Source of the DNA: Arcobacter sp.
Lineage (GTDB): Bacteria; Campylobacterota; Campylobacteria; Campylobacterales; Arcobacteraceae
Assembly: GCA_965662175.1 (NCBI GenBank)
Contig: CBFIGT010000011.1
Coordinates: forward strand, 1-36,436
DNA: 36,436 bases
Direction of reading: 5' to 3'
Shown: positions 10,174 to 20,983 of the stretch, in pieces
Position numbering within the stretch: position 1 is the stretch's first letter
Layout: each line of letters opens with the position of its first letter
Position numbers and translations under genes: made by a program
Notes under the pieces: model-generated
Database searches by the model: none
What the model was told of the DNA's origin: nothing
What the model saw: the letters and a program-made list of their open reading frames with translations, nothing else

Positions 10174-11913
10174 TTGAGAACGCATTATTGTACGGAAGTT
10201 ACAGAAGCATTAATTGGACAAGAAGTTACTGTTGCTGGTTGGGTAAACAGTAGACGTGACCACGGTGGTATTATTTTTATAGATTTAAGAGATAAGGGTG
10301 GAATTGTTCAATTAGTTGCTGATCCAGTTGATTTAGCAGATGCTGAAAAAGTTAGAGATGAGTTTGTATTAATTGCAACAGGAACTGTTAGAGCAAGAGG
10401 TGAGGGTTTAGAAAATCCAAACTTAGTAACAGGAAAAATCGAAATAGTTTTATCAAATTTAGTTATTGAAAATAGATCAAAACCTATGCCATTTGATTTA
10501 GGTGATGATAAAGTTAATGAAGAGATTAGATTAAAAAATAGATTTTTAGAGCTTAGAACAAAAAGATCTTATGATATTTTTAAATTAAGAAGTACAGCTA
10601 ATATTGCTATTAGAAACTGTTTAAATGAATTAGATTTCTTAGATGTTGAAACTCCTATTTTAACAAAATCAACTCCAGAGGGAGCTAGAGATTATTTAGT
10701 TCCATCAAGAGTTCATGGTGGTGAATTTTACGCACTTCCACAATCTCCACAACTATTTAAACAACTACTTATGGTATCTGGATTTGATAAATATTTTCAA
10801 ATTGCAAAATGTTTTAGAGATGAAGATTTAAGAGCTGATAGACAACCTGAATTTACTCAAATTGATGTTGAGATGAGTTTTTGTACTCAAGAAGATGTTA
10901 TTAAAGTTGCTGAAAAATTAATTCATGATACATTTAAAGCTTGTGGTAAAGATGTTCCTACTACTTTCCCAAGAATTACTTATGCTGAAGCTATGGAAAA
11001 ATATGGTTCTGATAAACCTGATTTAAGATTTGATATGCCAATGGTTGATGTAATTGATATTTTTGCAAGGTCAACAAATGAAATTTTTGCTGAAATAGCA
11101 AAAGATAAAGCACACAATAGAATCAAAGCAATTAAGTGTCCAAATGGTGATAATCTATTTTCTAAAAGACAAATGAAAGGTTTTGAAGATTATGTTAGAA
11201 AGTTTGGAGCTAAAGGTTTAGGATATTTTCAAATGAAAGAGGATGGATTAAAAGGTCCATTAACTAAATTCTTCTCAGAAGCTGATTTAGAAGAGATTGT
11301 AAAAGTAACTGAACTTGAAGTTGGTGATGTTGTATTCTTTGGAGCTGGTCATAAAAAGATAGTTTGTGATTATATGGGAAGATTTAGACTTTATTTAGCT
11401 GATCAAATGGATATTGTACCTAAAGATACTTATGAGTTTGTATGGGTTGTTGATTTTCCTATGTTTGAAGTTGAAGAGGGTAAAATCAAAGCTTTACACC
11501 ATCCATTTACTATGCCTAAAGATTTAAATAAAGAGAATCTTGAGGATATTGAATCTATTGCTTATGATATTGTATTAAATGGTACAGAACTTGGTGGTGG
11601 AAGTATAAGAATTCATAAAGAGCATATTCAAAATGAAGTATTCTCTCTTATGGGAATTAGTGAAGAAGAAGCTCAAGAGAAATTTGGTTTCTTACTAGAT
11701 GCACTTCAATTTGGTGCGCCTCCACATGGTGGTTTTGCTATGGGTCTTGATAGAATGATTATGTTATTAGCTGGAACTGATTCTATTAGAGATGTTATTG
11801 CATTCCCTAAAACTCAAAAAGCTCAATGTCTTATGACTAAAGCTCCTTCAGTTGTTGATGAAGAACAACTAAAAGAGTTAAGTATAAGAATTAGAAAACA
11901 AGCTAACGTTTAG
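10174..11913 (+). CDS. aspS: Aspartate--tRNA ligase, probably non-discriminating Asp/Asn type
   Basis: [58 protein letters not shown]; His in RDHGG is typical of ND enzymes. Confidence 0.99.
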   Translation: MRTHYCTEVTEALIGQEVTVAGWVNSRRDHGGIIFIDLRDKGGIVQLVADPVDLADAEKVRDEFVLIATGTVRARGEGLENPNLVTGKIEIVLSNLVIENRSKPMPFDLGDDKVNEEIRLKNRFLELRTKRSYDIFKLRSTANIAIRNCLNELDFLDVETPILTKSTPEGARDYLVPSRVHGGEFYALPQSPQLFKQLLMVSGFDKYFQIAKCFRDEDLRADRQPEFTQIDVEMSFCTQEDVIKVAEKLIHDTFKACGKDVPTTFPRITYAEAMEKYGSDKPDLRFDMPMVDVIDIFARSTNEIFAEIAKDKAHNRIKAIKCPNGDNLFSKRQMKGFEDYVRKFGAKGLGYFQMKEDGLKGPLTKFFSEADLEEIVKVTELEVGDVVFFGAGHKKIVCDYMGRFRLYLADQMDIVPKDTYEFVWVVDFPMFEVEEGKIKALHHPFTMPKDLNKENLEDIESIAYDIVLNGTELGGGSIRIHKEHIQNEVFSLMGISEEEAQEKFGFLLDALQFGAPPHGGFAMGLDRMIMLLAGTDSIRDVIAFPKTQKAQCLMTKAPSVVDEEQLKELSIRIRKQANV

Positions 11914-11930
11914 AATATTAGTTTTTATTT

Positions 11931-11956
11931 AAAAGAGGAGTTTTAACTCCTTTTTT
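11931..11956 (+). terminator. Intrinsic terminator after aspS
   Basis: AGGAGT-TTTA-ACTCCT hairpin followed by a T run, with an A run before it. Confidence 0.85.
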
Positions 11957-11968
11957 ATACACTTCCTT

Positions 11969-12763
11969 ATGAAAAAAATATTACCTCTACTTTTTGTTTT
12001 ATCAGTTTATCTTAATGCTTTATCTACTTATACAGTAACTATTCCTCCACATAAATTTTTCTTGGAAAATATTGGGCAAAGTAAGATTAAAGTAAAAGCT
12101 ATTTATGAAAATATTGATTATACTAAGAAAATACCACATAGTCATTTTAGAAAAGTTGCTTTTAGTGATGTATATTTTACTATTGGTTTAGCAATAGAAA
12201 AAGAGTATGAAAAACATATTAAAGATTTTAATGATGAGATTGAGGTAATTGATACTTCAAAAGATATAGAAAAAGAGATGTATGATAATACTCAAAACCC
12301 TTATATTTGGTTAGACCCATTAAAGGTTAGAGAAGTATGTGATGTTATGTTAGCGGTTTTGATAAGAAATGACCCCTCAAATAAAGAGTATTTTGAATCA
12401 AATTATAAAACATTTATAGGTGAATTAGACAAAATATTTTTAAGAATAAAGAGTGCTCTTTTTTATTCAAGAAATGGAGTTTTTGTTTATGATGGAAAAT
12501 GGGACTATTTTTTAAAAAGATTTGATGTAAGATATTACAAAGCTGAAAATAAAATTTTAGGCGGTACAAACTTTTCAAAAATAAATAGACTAAGTCGTGA
12601 TAAAAATATAAGATATATTTTAGTTGATAAAACTATAGCTTATGAGGTTTATAGCTCTTGGTCAAATGCAAATAATATAGAGATTATACAAGTAGATATC
12701 TTTTCATATGATTGGTTATCAGATCTTTTCGTTCTCTCTGAAAAATTATCAAAAGAGGAATAA
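11969..12763 (+). CDS. ZnuA/TroA-like metal ABC substrate-binding protein, divergent
   Basis: Signal peptide; VTIPP..F, YFTIGL..EK, NPYIWLDP, DPSNKEYFESNY..F motifs of cluster A-I binding proteins. Confidence 0.75.
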   Translation: MKKILPLLFVLSVYLNALSTYTVTIPPHKFFLENIGQSKIKVKAIYENIDYTKKIPHSHFRKVAFSDVYFTIGLAIEKEYEKHIKDFNDEIEVIDTSKDIEKEMYDNTQNPYIWLDPLKVREVCDVMLAVLIRNDPSNKEYFESNYKTFIGELDKIFLRIKSALFYSRNGVFVYDGKWDYFLKRFDVRYYKAENKILGGTNFSKINRLSRDKNIRYILVDKTIAYEVYSSWSNANNIEIIQVDIFSYDWLSDLFVLSEKLSKEE

Positions 12764-12765
12764 AA

Positions 12766-14496
12766 TTGTTTTTACCTACTACAAAAGAAGAGATGGAAAA
12801 ACTTGGCTGGGAACAGTGTGATGTTATTTTAATCTCAGGAGATGCTTATATAGATTCTCCATTTATTGGTGTGGCTGTTGTTGGAAGAATACTTGAAGCT
12901 ATGGGTTTTAAAGTAGGAATTATAGGACAACCTAATTTAGAAGATGGTGATATTACAAGATTGGGTGAGCCAAGATTGTATTGGGGTGTTAGTGGTGGAA
13001 GTATTGATTCTATGGTTTCAAACTACACAGCAACTAAGAAGTTTAGAAATAGTGATGACTATACTCCAGGTGGTAAAAATGATAAAAGACCTGATAGGGC
13101 AACACTTGTTTATACAAATCTTATAAGAAGACATTTTAAAAATACAGTTCCTATAGTTTTAGGTGGAATTGAAGCTAGTTTAAGAAGAGTTACACACTAT
13201 GATTATTGGACTAATAAACTTAAAAAACCAATTCTATTTGATGCAAAAGCTGATTATTTGATTTATGGTATGGGAGAGATGGCAATTAGAGAGTTTACCC
13301 ATGCAATAGCAAATGACTTAGATGCTACAAGAGTTAGGGGAGTTTGTTATATCTCAAAAGAAGAGGTGAGTGATTATATCCAACTTCCAAGTCATGCTGA
13401 TTGTTTGGAAGATAAAGAGAAATATATTGATTTATTTGACCATTTTTATCAAAATAATGACCCTATAAATGCAAAAGGGCTTTGCCAAAAAGTGGATACT
13501 AGATTTTTAATACAAAATCCACCATGTGATTATTTAGATGAAAAAGAGATGGATGAGATTGCTGATTATCCATATACAAGAGAGTTACACCCTTTTCATA
13601 AACCTCAAGGAAAAGTAAAATGTTTAGAAACAATAAAATTCTCTATTCAAACTCACCATGGATGTTGGGGTGAGTGTAACTTTTGTGCTATTGGTGTTCA
13701 TCAAGGAAGAACAATTCGTACAAGAAGTGAAGCAAATATTTTAAAAGAAGCAAAAGAGTTTACTAAAATAAAAGATTTCAAAGGAATTATCTCTGATGTT
13801 GGAGGTCCAACTGCTAATATGTATGGATATGAGTGTGGTAAAAAGCTTAAAAAAGGTACATGTGATGATATTAGATGTGTAGATTTTGATAGACTTTGTA
13901 AGGTTATGAAAGTTGACCACTCAAGACACTTAAAACTTCTTAGAAATATAAGACAAGTACCAGGAGTTAAAAAAGCTTTTGTTGCTTCAGGACTTAGATA
14001 TGATTTTATAAGTGCTGATAAAAAGCATGGATATGAGTATTTAAAAGAGCTTGTAAACCACCATATATCAGGACAAATGAAAGTTGCACCTGAACACACC
14101 TCTGATAGGGTTTTAAAACTTATGGGAAAACCTGGAAAACAGCCTTTGATTGAGTTTAAAGAGATGTATGATAGATTAAATAAAGAGGCTGGTAAAAAGC
14201 AGTTTTTAACATACTATTTAATTGCAGCACATCCAGGATGTGAAGAGAAAGATATGCATGAGCTTAAACACTTTACAAAACATGAATTAAAAATGAATCC
14301 AGAACAAGCTCAAGTATTTACACCAACACCTGGAACTTATTCAAGTGTGATGTATTATACAGAGATGGATCCAGAGACTAGAAAAAAGATATTTGTAGAA
14401 AAAGATATAAGAAGAAAAGAGAAACAAAAAGATATTGTTATTGATAAATCTTATTATCAAAGAAGAAAAACTAATGGAGCTTCAATGCAAAGCTAA
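12766..14496 (+). CDS. YgiQ-family (UPF0313) radical SAM protein
   Basis: SGDAYIDSP, GGIEASLRR..HYDYW, GCWGECNFC (CX3CX2C), DVGGPTANMY, KVAPEH, IAAHPG. Confidence 0.95.
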   Translation: MFLPTTKEEMEKLGWEQCDVILISGDAYIDSPFIGVAVVGRILEAMGFKVGIIGQPNLEDGDITRLGEPRLYWGVSGGSIDSMVSNYTATKKFRNSDDYTPGGKNDKRPDRATLVYTNLIRRHFKNTVPIVLGGIEASLRRVTHYDYWTNKLKKPILFDAKADYLIYGMGEMAIREFTHAIANDLDATRVRGVCYISKEEVSDYIQLPSHADCLEDKEKYIDLFDHFYQNNDPINAKGLCQKVDTRFLIQNPPCDYLDEKEMDEIADYPYTRELHPFHKPQGKVKCLETIKFSIQTHHGCWGECNFCAIGVHQGRTIRTRSEANILKEAKEFTKIKDFKGIISDVGGPTANMYGYECGKKLKKGTCDDIRCVDFDRLCKVMKVDHSRHLKLLRNIRQVPGVKKAFVASGLRYDFISADKKHGYEYLKELVNHHISGQMKVAPEHTSDRVLKLMGKPGKQPLIEFKEMYDRLNKEAGKKQFLTYYLIAAHPGCEEKDMHELKHFTKHELKMNPEQAQVFTPTPGTYSSVMYYTEMDPETRKKIFVEKDIRRKEKQKDIVIDKSYYQRRKTNGASMQS

Positions 14497-14499
14497 AGG

Positions 14500-14910
14500 A
14501 TGCTTATGAAATATATTTTAATATCTCTATTTTTAGTTTTTAATTTATATGGCTCATCTTCAAAGTTTATTGAAGAGATGAAATATGAGACTAATTATGA
14601 TATTGCACTACAAAAGGCAAAAGAGAATAATAAGATTATTATGATGATTGCTAGTGCAAATTCATGCCCTTGGTGTAGAAAACTTGAGAGACAAACACTT
14701 AAAAAAGATGAGATAAATGATATTATTCAAAAAAATTTCATACCTTTGGCTGTTGATCAAGATTTAAAAAACTACCCAGATAAATATGAAGTAAAAGTTG
14801 TACCAACAATTTATTTTATAAATCCAAAAGATGAATCTCTTGTAAAAAAGGTTTTAGGTTATAAAAATAGAAAAGATTTTAAATTAATTTTAGAAGAAAT
14901 AGTAAAATGA
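14500..14910 (+). CDS. Exported thioredoxin-fold protein (SoxW-like)
   Basis: Signal peptide, CPWC motif, VPT cis-Pro loop; start could be 14506. Confidence 0.85.
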   Translation: MLMKYILISLFLVFNLYGSSSKFIEEMKYETNYDIALQKAKENNKIIMMIASANSCPWCRKLERQTLKKDEINDIIQKNFIPLAVDQDLKNYPDKYEVKVVPTIYFINPKDESLVKKVLGYKNRKDFKLILEEIVK

Positions 14911-15275
14911 AAAAGTTAATACTCTTACTATTTTTAGCTCTATATTCCTATGCAATTACTCCTTTTTCTTTAGAGAATTTAAAAGAGCTAAATGTAAAGT
15001 TTTTAAATAAACAAAAAACAATATCTGATGAATTAGCTGAAAAAATCACAAAAAAAGTAAAAGAAAAATTAGAAAACATAGGAATAAAAACAAAAACTGA
15101 TAAATATTCATATTTTAAAATGAGTATAAAAATTGATAAATTTGGGGAAACTACATTTGTTAGAACTCTTATTATGGTTCAAGAGGATGTGGAAATTTTA
15201 AGAGATGAACCCTTTAAATTTATGGCTTTAACTTATGAAAAAAGAGATGATTTTGAAGCTGAGAATTCTGAGTAA
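14907..15275 (+). CDS. Exported hypothetical protein, possibly C-terminally truncated
   Basis: MKK plus hydrophobic signal peptide; start overlaps the upstream stop. Confidence 0.7.
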   Translation: MKKLILLLFLALYSYAITPFSLENLKELNVKFLNKQKTISDELAEKITKKVKEKLENIGIKTKTDKYSYFKMSIKIDKFGETTFVRTLIMVQEDVEILRDEPFKFMALTYEKRDDFEAENSE

Positions 15276-15288
15276 ATATGAAAGATTA

Positions 15289-15328
15289 AAAAAAAGGGGG
15301 GAAGATAAATATCTTCCCCCCTTTTTTT
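15289..15328. terminator. Bidirectional intrinsic terminator between convergent genes
   Basis: Perfect 18-bp inverted repeat A7-G6-AAGAT / AAAT loop / ATCTT-C6-T7. Confidence 0.95.
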
Positions 15329-15353
15329 GCTTTTAATACTAAATAGATTTTGA

Positions 15354-15995
15354 TTATGAAAGTGAAGCCATCATATCAGCTGTAACTTCTGAAACATCTT
15401 TTGTTCCATCAAGTTCCATAAATACACCCATTTGTGTATAAAAATCAATAAGTGGTGCTGTTTGTGCATGATATGCTTCTAATCTACTTTTTACAGTCTC
15501 AGCATTATCATCTTTTCTAATAATTAATTCACCACCACAATAATCACATACATTTTCAACTTTAGATGCATTAAACTCTACATGGAAAGATGCTCCACAT
15601 TTTGAACATACTCTTCTTCCTGTAATTCTTCCAACAATTAATTCATCTGGAACATTTAAAGAGATTACTTTATCTAAAGATATTTTCATGTTTGACATTA
15701 ATTCACTTAAAGCTTCAGCTTGTGCTAATGTTCTTGGAAAACCATCAAGAATAAAACCATCTTTACAGTCAGCTTCAGCTAATCTATCTTTGATAATACC
15801 AATAATAGTTGAATCAGGAACTAATTTACCCTCATCCATAAATTTTTTAGCTTCCATTCCCATATCTGTTTTGTCAGCAATTGCAGCTCTTAAAATATCA
15901 CCTGTTGAGATTTGTGGAATATTATATTTTTCAATTAAAAATTTTGCTTGTGTTCCCTTACCAGCCCCTGGTGCACCAAATAGCATTAAATTCAT
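15354..15995 (-). CDS. adk: Adenylate kinase, long form with zinc-binding LID
   Basis: GAPGAGKGT, ISTGDILR, LDGFPRT, LID CSKC..CDYC, RKDDN. Confidence 0.97.
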   Translation of the reverse strand: MNLMLFGAPGAGKGTQAKFLIEKYNIPQISTGDILRAAIADKTDMGMEAKKFMDEGKLVPDSTIIGIIKDRLAEADCKDGFILDGFPRTLAQAEALSELMSNMKISLDKVISLNVPDELIVGRITGRRVCSKCGASFHVEFNASKVENVCDYCGGELIIRKDDNAETVKSRLEAYHAQTAPLIDFYTQMGVFMELDGTKDVSEVTADMMASLS

Positions 15996-16019
15996 ATTTA
16001 CTTTCCTTAGTTTTCTTGT

Positions 16020-16077
16020 ATTGTATAGAAAAAGCTTTTAATAACAAATAAAAAATTTAAATGATTTTAGATATAAT
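16020..16077. promoter_or_regulatory. Back-to-back -10 boxes for the two adk genes
   Basis: Minus-strand TACAAT at 16020-16025 and plus-strand gaTATAAT at 16072-16077. Confidence 0.55.
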
Positions 16078-16107
16078 CTTAGCACTTAAATTCAACTAAG
16101 GGCATAA

Positions 16108-16677
16108 ATGAAGAAACTATTTTTAATTATTGGAGCACCTGGAAGCGGTAAAACTACGGATGCGGAGTTAATTGCTGCAAAACATGATAATATCACACAC
16201 TATTCAACTGGAGATATGTTTAGAGCTGAAGTTTCAAGTGGAAGTGATAGGGGAAAAATAATTGATACTTATATAAGTGTTGGTAATATAGTGCCAATTG
16301 ATATAGCTATTGAGACAATTTTAGGTGCAATTAAAAATGCTTCAACAGATGTTGTAATTATAGATGGTTATCCTAGAAGTTTTGAGCAAATGAATGAGCT
16401 TAATAAATATTTAGCAAATGAGATTGAAGTTGAATTGATTAATGTAATTGAGGTTGTAGTATCTAAAGAGGTTGCATGTGAGAGAGTTTTAGGGCGTTCA
16501 AGGGGAGCTGATGATAATGTTGAAGTTTTCAACAATAGAATGAAAGTTTATACAGAACCTTTAGCTGAAATTCAAGAGTTTTATGGAAGAAAAAATCTAC
16601 TTCATAAAATAAATGGTGAAAGAACTATTGATGAGATAGTTGATGATATGGATTGTTTTATTCAAAGTAGGATTTAG
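16108..16677 (+). CDS. adk: Adenylate kinase, short-LID Campylobacterota type
   Basis: LFLIIGAPGSGKTTDA, HYSTGDMFR, IDGYPRS, GRSRGADDN (no LID insertion). Confidence 0.93.
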   Translation: MKKLFLIIGAPGSGKTTDAELIAAKHDNITHYSTGDMFRAEVSSGSDRGKIIDTYISVGNIVPIDIAIETILGAIKNASTDVVIIDGYPRSFEQMNELNKYLANEIEVELINVIEVVVSKEVACERVLGRSRGADDNVEVFNNRMKVYTEPLAEIQEFYGRKNLLHKINGERTIDEIVDDMDCFIQSRI

Positions 16678-16682
16678 TCATT

Positions 16683-17429
16683 ATGATAAATTTTTACTCA
16701 GTAATAATTGGAACTGAATTATTAAATGGGCGTAGAAAAGATGCCCATTTCTCTTTTTTAAATGAGCAACTTCTTCTTCGTGGTTGGACTCATAAAGCAT
16801 CTTTTGTTATTGAAGATGATGTAAAACTTATGGAAAATATTTTTAATCTTATAAAAGCTGATGAAAGCAGTGTAATGTTCTGTTTTGGTGGAATTGGCTC
16901 AACTCCTGATGATTATACAAGGGAGATTGCTTCAAAGGTTTTTAGAGAGGGTAAAAGTGAATATCATGAAAAAGCAAAAGAGTTAATTCTTAATCAATTT
17001 GGAGATGAATCTTATCCCCACAGAATAGAGATGGCATATTTACCAATAAATGCAAAACTTCTTAAAAATGTAGTTAATAATGTACCTGGTTTTTATTTAG
17101 ATGATAGATTCTTTTTTACACCTGGTTTCCCATCTATGAGTCAAAGTATGGTTATTGAGGCTTTAGATAGATATTATAAAAAAAATAGTCTTGAAAAATA
17201 TAGATTAACACTAACTGCTTTTTGTGGTGAAAATGATTTAATTGATATTATGAAAAAACTACCAGAAGATGTTGAATTATCCTCTTTGCCTAAACTAATT
17301 GATGGGAAAAGAAGTGTTGTTTTATCTCTTAGTTCATATAATAAAGAAGTTTTACCAAAAGAGTTTGCTATGTTTACTGAGTATTTAGAAAAAGAGAATA
17401 TAATTTATGAGTTAAAAGATTTAAACTAA
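16683..17429 (+). CDS. CinA N-terminal-like / molybdopterin-binding domain protein (COG1058)
   Basis: IIGTELLNG, GGIGSTPDDYT, PGFPSM motifs. Confidence 0.88.
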   Translation: MINFYSVIIGTELLNGRRKDAHFSFLNEQLLLRGWTHKASFVIEDDVKLMENIFNLIKADESSVMFCFGGIGSTPDDYTREIASKVFREGKSEYHEKAKELILNQFGDESYPHRIEMAYLPINAKLLKNVVNNVPGFYLDDRFFFTPGFPSMSQSMVIEALDRYYKKNSLEKYRLTLTAFCGENDLIDIMKKLPEDVELSSLPKLIDGKRSVVLSLSSYNKEVLPKEFAMFTEYLEKENIIYELKDLN

Positions 17430-17435
17430 TATAAT

Positions 17436-18092
17436 TTATGGTTCATTATAGAATTTAAATTTAAATCCTTTATCTTCAGGATATTTTTCTAAATTATACT
17501 CATCCCAAACTTTTATACAAAGTTCATTACCTTTTTTAAATCCAGGTTTAGCAAAGGCGTGAGCTCTTCCCATATTTTGCCAAACACCTTGGCCTGTAGC
17601 ATACATAAAAGCTAAATTACACTGGGCGCTTACATAACCTTGTTTAGAAGACTTCTCATACCACTTAACAGCCTCTTTATAATCTACATCTAAAACTATT
17701 CCTGATGTTAAAAACATACCAACTTTATTTTGAGAGGGTGCATGTCCTTTTCTTGCTAATTCTAAAAATATAGAAAGGGCTTTTTTCTCATCATGATAGA
17801 TAGATTTTTTACTTAGGTAAAAAAGTGCCAAATTGTAAGCACCGGTTATATTTCCTAAATAGTAAGAGGCATTGAAGTATTTTAAAGCTTTTTCATAATC
17901 TTTATTAACATAAAGACCATCAAAGTATATTTTTCCAAGTTCAAAAAAAGCATCACTATCATCTTTTAGTGCAGCCTCTTCATATACTTTAATCTGTTCT
18001 TGCATCTTTATCTCTTCTTGTGTTAATTCAACTTCACTTGATGCAAAAAGTGAAATTGATAGAAAAACTGAGGCTAGACTCTTTTTTATCAT
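17436..18092 (-). CDS. Exported Sel1-like repeat protein
   Basis: Signal peptide; repeats [33 protein letters not shown]. Confidence 0.92.
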   Translation of the reverse strand: MIKKSLASVFLSISLFASSEVELTQEEIKMQEQIKVYEEAALKDDSDAFFELGKIYFDGLYVNKDYEKALKYFNASYYLGNITGAYNLALFYLSKKSIYHDEKKALSIFLELARKGHAPSQNKVGMFLTSGIVLDVDYKEAVKWYEKSSKQGYVSAQCNLAFMYATGQGVWQNMGRAHAFAKPGFKKGNELCIKVWDEYNLEKYPEDKGFKFKFYNEP

Positions 18093-19111
18093 TCTATCTC
18101 CCTTTTTAGATAAGGACTTAATGTTGTGGTTATTTCATAAGAGATTGTATTATGAAGTTTTGCTAGGGGTTTAGCATCATCAAAGATACAAACCTCTTTA
18201 TCACTTGAGTTTAAAGAGAGATTATCCATAGATACTCTACCCAATAATCTATACCCTTTTGGTGTAAAATACTCTTTTTCTCCACTAATTCTCAAAAAGC
18301 CATCTCCATATCCAATATCATATGTTGAAACTTGCATATTCTCTTTTGCTTCATAAGTTCCACCATAGCCAAGGGCTTGTCCAGTTTTTAATTCTCTTGT
18401 AGAAATAACTTTTGCCCATAAGGATAAAACAGGCTTTAAATCTATATTATCCAAACCCTTATCATTTTCAATATATCCATAACTAGCTATTCCAACTCTA
18501 GCGAAATCTTCATTAAAATTTGATTCTCTAAATAGTGCACTTGAGTTGCAAGAATGGAACTTTGGGAGTGGTAAAAAAAGTTGTTCACATAATTTTTCAA
18601 CTTCTTTTTTTAAAGCCCTAAATTCCCGTCTTTGCCAATAGAATTCACATGAGAGTTTATCAGCACTTCTATGGTGTGTCATAACACCTGTTAGATTAAG
18701 ATTTTGCTTACAAATCCCATCAATAGCCTCTTTCAGCTTATCTTTAGGTATACCATTTCTATGCATTCCTGTATCAATTTTCAAGTGAACATTCGTGTTT
18801 TTGGGAATCTTATAAATCTCATCACATGAGTTAATAACTATGTGAAAAGTATGTGAATAAGTGTGAATATCTGTGTCAGCAAGGATTATAATTTCTTCAA
18901 AAAAATCTTGGATTTTTAATGCTTCTCTAAGGTTTTTTACGACGGCTTTTTTTATTCCAAATTCATTGGCAAGTTTAGAAATCTCTAAAAGCCCATGTCC
19001 GTAGGCATTGTCTTTTAAAACAACAGCTATCTTATCTTTTGAGCCTGCTTTTTCAGAAATAATTTTTAGATTATGAAAATAATTTTGTTTATTTAATAAG
19101 ATTTTTGACAA
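18089..19111 (-). CDS. alr: Alanine racemase (TTG start)
   Basis: [13 protein letters not shown]-lysine motif, [27 protein letters not shown]. Confidence 0.97.
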   Translation of the reverse strand: MSKILLNKQNYFHNLKIISEKAGSKDKIAVVLKDNAYGHGLLEISKLANEFGIKKAVVKNLREALKIQDFFEEIIILADTDIHTYSHTFHIVINSCDEIYKIPKNTNVHLKIDTGMHRNGIPKDKLKEAIDGICKQNLNLTGVMTHHRSADKLSCEFYWQRREFRALKKEVEKLCEQLFLPLPKFHSCNSSALFRESNFNEDFARVGIASYGYIENDKGLDNIDLKPVLSLWAKVISTRELKTGQALGYGGTYEAKENMQVSTYDIGYGDGFLRISGEKEYFTPKGYRLLGRVSMDNLSLNSSDKEVCIFDDAKPLAKLHNTISYEITTTLSPYLKREIE

Positions 19112-19135
19112 AAAAATAACCTTGATATATAAAAT

Positions 19136-20974
19136 TTATTGTTTATTAAAATGATTAAATATTAGAATACTATCTTTTTCATTTAAAACCTCTTTGAGAT
19201 TTTCAATAGTAGCATTTTTAATACTTTCAAATGTCCCAAAAAATAGAAGAAGTTTTTTTACCTTTGCTTCACCTATACCTTTAATAGATAAAAGTGAAAT
19301 CTCTTTATCTTCATTTCTCTTTTGTTTTTTGTGAAAATTAATTACAAATCTATGGGCTTCATCCCTTTGTCTTTGGATAAATTGAAGTCTTTTATCACTT
19401 GTAAGTAGTTTATATGATTTTATCTCACCATCAATTTTATAGTGAACTATATCTTTTGCCGCACCTTTTGCTCTATGGGCTTTAAAATCAACCTTTTCTT
19501 TTGCAATTGCTACAATATCTAAGTTTATACCAACAGACTCTACAATATCATATGCAAGTTTTAGTAAAGTAGAACCACCATCTATAATCCAAAGATCAGG
19601 TGCTGGATTTTTATCAAAACTATTAACTCTACGTATTAGCATCTCTCTCATTTGTGAGTATTCATCTTTTGATTCTAAATTATAGTGTCTAAACTCCTCT
19701 TTTTTGAATTTATCACTCTCCCATACAACCATAGCACCAACAGTTGCTTGTCCCATCATATGTGAGTTATCATAACTCTCTATTCTATTTGGTGTTGTTT
19801 GTAGTTTAAATAAATCTTTAATCTCTTCATAAAGTGTATTTGAGGATTTTGAGCTTTCAATTCTTAGAAGTTCATTACAGTTATTTAAAGCAATATTTAT
19901 TAACTCTTTTTTCTTACCTAGTTTTGGATTTACAATATTAATATTTTTAGAAAATCTTGTTTTTAGAAAATCTTTAATTGTTTCATAATCTTCAATTTCA
20001 TGGCTAATTAAAATCTCTTTTGGTAGAAGTGGAATTTCATTGTTATAGTAGTTTATTATGGCTCTTTCATAAGCTTCATTAAATAAACTATTTTCATCAA
20101 AACTATTTTCAAAATCAACTTTTAAAAAGTCATGGCTAGAAGAGGCTAGTTTTCCATCTCTTATAAACATTCTTACCACAACTGCTCTTTTTTCACTGAT
20201 TTGAATAGAAAATAAATCAAGATTTTCATTTGTAGCTAAGTCCATACCTGTTTTGATTTGGGACTTTTCAATAGTTTTTATTCTATCTCTTATTTTCATA
20301 GCCTCTTCAAATCTAAACTCATTTGAGTACTCTTCCATTTTCTCTTTTAGTTTAGCAATAAGTTTTGATTTATTATATACAAAATCAAGGGAGTCATTTA
20401 ATATATGAGAATATTGCTCTTTTGTGATTTTATTTTCACAAGGAGCTAGGCATTTTTTTATTTGATAAAATAAACATGCTTTTCCACCCTTTATACAAGC
20501 TTTTTTTTGAACTAAAGGAAAAGTCTCATAAATTGAGTCTAAAATATCTCTAGCACCTGTTGAGTATGGACCAAAATATTTTATATTTGAGCCTTTTAAT
20601 ACTCTTCTAGTAATCTCTAATCTTGGAAAATCTTCATTTAAATCAACATAAATATAAGGATAAGTCTTATCATCTCTAAGCAGGATATTATACTTAGGTT
20701 TTAGCTGCTTTATTAGGGAATTTTCTAGTATTAAAGCATCATGTTCATTGGGAACTACAATCCATTCACAGGAGTTTACCTCTGTAATCATTTTATAAAT
20801 TCTAGGTGAAAGTTTATCTGAGGGCAGTAGTTTTGGAGTAAATTTAAAGTATGATTTTACTCTATTTTTTAGAACTTTTGCTTTTCCTATATAAAGTAGA
20901 TGCCCAGCTTTATCAAAATATTGGTAGACACCTGCATCATTAGGTAGTTGTTTAAGTTTATTTTCTAAATCCAT
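19136..20974 (-). CDS. uvrC: Excinuclease ABC subunit C
   Basis: GIY-YIG GVY..LYIGKAK, KPKYNILLRDDKTYPY, UVR domain, RIESYDNSH, IIDGG, RDEAHRF, HhH GIG. Confidence 0.98.
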   Translation of the reverse strand: MDLENKLKQLPNDAGVYQYFDKAGHLLYIGKAKVLKNRVKSYFKFTPKLLPSDKLSPRIYKMITEVNSCEWIVVPNEHDALILENSLIKQLKPKYNILLRDDKTYPYIYVDLNEDFPRLEITRRVLKGSNIKYFGPYSTGARDILDSIYETFPLVQKKACIKGGKACLFYQIKKCLAPCENKITKEQYSHILNDSLDFVYNKSKLIAKLKEKMEEYSNEFRFEEAMKIRDRIKTIEKSQIKTGMDLATNENLDLFSIQISEKRAVVVRMFIRDGKLASSSHDFLKVDFENSFDENSLFNEAYERAIINYYNNEIPLLPKEILISHEIEDYETIKDFLKTRFSKNINIVNPKLGKKKELINIALNNCNELLRIESSKSSNTLYEEIKDLFKLQTTPNRIESYDNSHMMGQATVGAMVVWESDKFKKEEFRHYNLESKDEYSQMREMLIRRVNSFDKNPAPDLWIIDGGSTLLKLAYDIVESVGINLDIVAIAKEKVDFKAHRAKGAAKDIVHYKIDGEIKSYKLLTSDKRLQFIQRQRDEAHRFVINFHKKQKRNEDKEISLLSIKGIGEAKVKKLLLFFGTFESIKNATIENLKEVLNEKDSILIFNHFNKQ

Positions 20975-20983
20975 TTTGGGATT

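Noticed and set aside
15296..15321. G6 and C6 runs as phase-variable homopolymers
   Set aside because: Short, intergenic, and explained as the two arms of a terminator stem
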